Below are positions 63,401 to 64,000 of a stretch of DNA of 64,000 nucleotides, one piece after another. The first letter of the stretch is position 1. Each line of letters begins with the position of its first letter. Source of the stretch: an uncultured Acidimicrobiia bacterium (GTDB taxonomy: Bacteria > Actinomycetota > Acidimicrobiia > Acidimicrobiales > AC-14); contig CAWIIV010000006.1 of the NCBI GenBank assembly GCA_963836205.1, forward strand, positions 544,001 through 608,000, in the 5' to 3' direction. The translations under genes and the position numbers were made by a program. A model generated the notes under the pieces. It was not told the origin of the DNA, did not search any database, and worked only from the letters and a program-made list of their open reading frames with translations.

Positions 63401-63653
63401 GTCGATTCGACTGGAGCCCACCGCCGAGGCCTACCTCCACCTCGCCCAGGTGCACGCAAACCGGGCGCTCGACACCACGGCACCGGCCAAACGCCTCCGC
63501 GACGAGACCCGCGCCCGGCACTACGGCGAGTTCGCTCGGAGCCTGGGCCTGGGATCCCAACAGGCTGAGCCCCTCGATCGCCTCATCCGACGCCTCGATG
63601 TCGAAGGGCCCCCGCAACAGGACTCGTGCCCGGCGCTCCTCCACGTTCTCTAG
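60486..63653 (+). CDS. Large membrane-anchored tetratricopeptide-repeat protein
   Basis: Hydrophobic N-terminus, then TPR-like units such as AHYNLGVV, LHFELGKIY, ARFWLGRAAF and AYLHLAQV. More A/T-ending codons than the core genes. Confidence 0.8.
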   Translation: MAAVLLVWLRYTLLGGAMLLGWLRRVFYSGWRRPLAWLAVVAAGMWVLVNPGPVGGGWWKIEPVLGVYAVLVSIRWIWKARTRLVIGTFIDYRLDKPTPLPGLSALLQVELGRLYDLVNLVDQNRAVPDILRGPQSVSFDEQRTLDEAEDDPNLIVDEPLDVPAPMMAEDLTEVLDAALSVEATMLVGRVKIPIGALAGLVGRLAQGPRLSGSLHRTDQGLVLTARTVGTAQARTWRVDGAPATAGEGDPEEWPEALLDELAVRIFTDLALEGSVKWQATWAYVKGLRAYRGSLRTRKDRRLGLERAKDHFIETIAEDERFDLAHYNLGVVATELSQKEAAESAFLAAIRLNNQRWAPYYGLAQLYFANDRHDEVLPLCGRILHLRQHRAEAYHLRALSNRRNRDLDAAMKDRNAAARCSWLRLCGAVVQGRESDARKLAATSLRNLGCLRAYDAKRKWPALEAPGNEDKERRSLRLRLGYLAAAKELKQGRFVNPSDAELHFELGKIYAARRQWLRAARQLEKAVEIDPDRPRFWIQLARAYAGPRSDRQRRLCQRRALFASERARTQPSLIVDQGFERLKKVYTRLECDEHLSQVRELQEFENDRRTWNGTVPSSPELERRLSGLKSGPVWERTQVCVQLAERYLDVIDKKRASRVADLLADNLEDLRRHHPREVKENHIYALVAEALHAADRDTDALRYGEAAVFYDPLSARARKALAAVYATLGHFEQATDAWRAALVCDPDGPDTNLALGETLMRHALGSPESDARRAMFTEATTYLRSALKLAAVSGISTGPRDGASKMSEIEGRARFWLGRAAFELDVYEQAVTHLQVCVTLDHEPLLARLRLGVAYLRMGHVCDGERVLAEIKSYAEAMASSPQNGSTIVGPLGDRLTVREVLAWARVYLAGSRIERDVDLEDAIKDIREVAAKARSKSDGGTSPGLLAACADKEGWARFLLNEHERAVEKLQESIRLEPTAEAYLHLAQVHANRALDTTAPAKRLRDETRARHYGEFARSLGLGSQQAEPLDRLIRRLDVEGPPQQDSCPALLHVL

Positions 63654-63802
63654 CAACCGTCTGATTTGTCAAGAGTCCTGCGGACCGCGGTGAAATAGGC
63701 GTCCGTTGTCGGGCGCGTCGATCCGGGTGCGGGGTGCTCCCCCCTTTTCGGCGGCCTCCCTGCGGCAGCACGCTGACTTACGCGACCTCGCACGAGGGCG
63801 GG

Positions 63803-64000
63803 TCAGATGTGGTCGACCTCGATCTTGCCCGCCGCCCCAAGCCGGAGGTAACAGACCGTGTGGACCGCGAACACAGAGGCAGCGAACTCGTCGTCGTTAG
63901 CCCATCGGGTGTAGATCGCGCCCTGCTTATTGAGAACCTCCCCCACGGCAAGCATGGCCTGACCGGTCGCGTCGACGCTCGCCAGGGCCTGATGCCTCGG
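63803..64000 (-). CDS. 3' end of a hypothetical protein running off the window
   Basis: Open frame of 65 codons from the window edge: ...AMLAVGEVLNKQGAIYTRWANDDEFAASVFAVHTVCYLRLGAAGKIEVDHI*. Confidence 0.5.
   Translation of the reverse strand, partial: PRHQALASVDATGQAMLAVGEVLNKQGAIYTRWANDDEFAASVFAVHTVCYLRLGAAGKIEVDHI

Overview
High-GC chromosomal segment, most likely from an Acidimicrobiia (Actinomycetota), judged by gene content, F420 genes and frequent leaderless promoters. About 55 genes are supported. Housekeeping genes include metH, ddl, murF, pduO-type adenosyltransferase, pepA, moeB, lpdA, accA/birA, pabB/pabC-like and cofD/cofE. Accessory genes include a tandem-repeat serine hydrolase, a multicopper oxidase, a large S8 protease-adhesin, a trypsin-like protease, two VapBC-type toxin-antitoxin pairs, three MmcQ/YjbR genes and a membrane-anchored TPR protein. 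A roughly 24 kb surface-glycan locus holds two LCP ligases, rmlB/rmlD, a collapsed ugd remnant, a wbbL-like GT2, two GT-C proteins, a methyltransferase, GT4s and wzm/wzt. About ten single-base indels break otherwise intact genes, including essential ones, so they are most likely assembly errors; they also create chimeric ORFs in the supplied track. I found no tRNA, rRNA, CRISPR array, integrase or transposase. The least-explained block is 22471-24780, between pepA and moeB: a hairpin with a tandemly amplified arm, an aminotransferase-fold protein lacking its PLP lysine, a multi-stem intergenic element and an uncharacterised winged-helix-like gene. All family calls come from motif recognition by eye; no searches were run.
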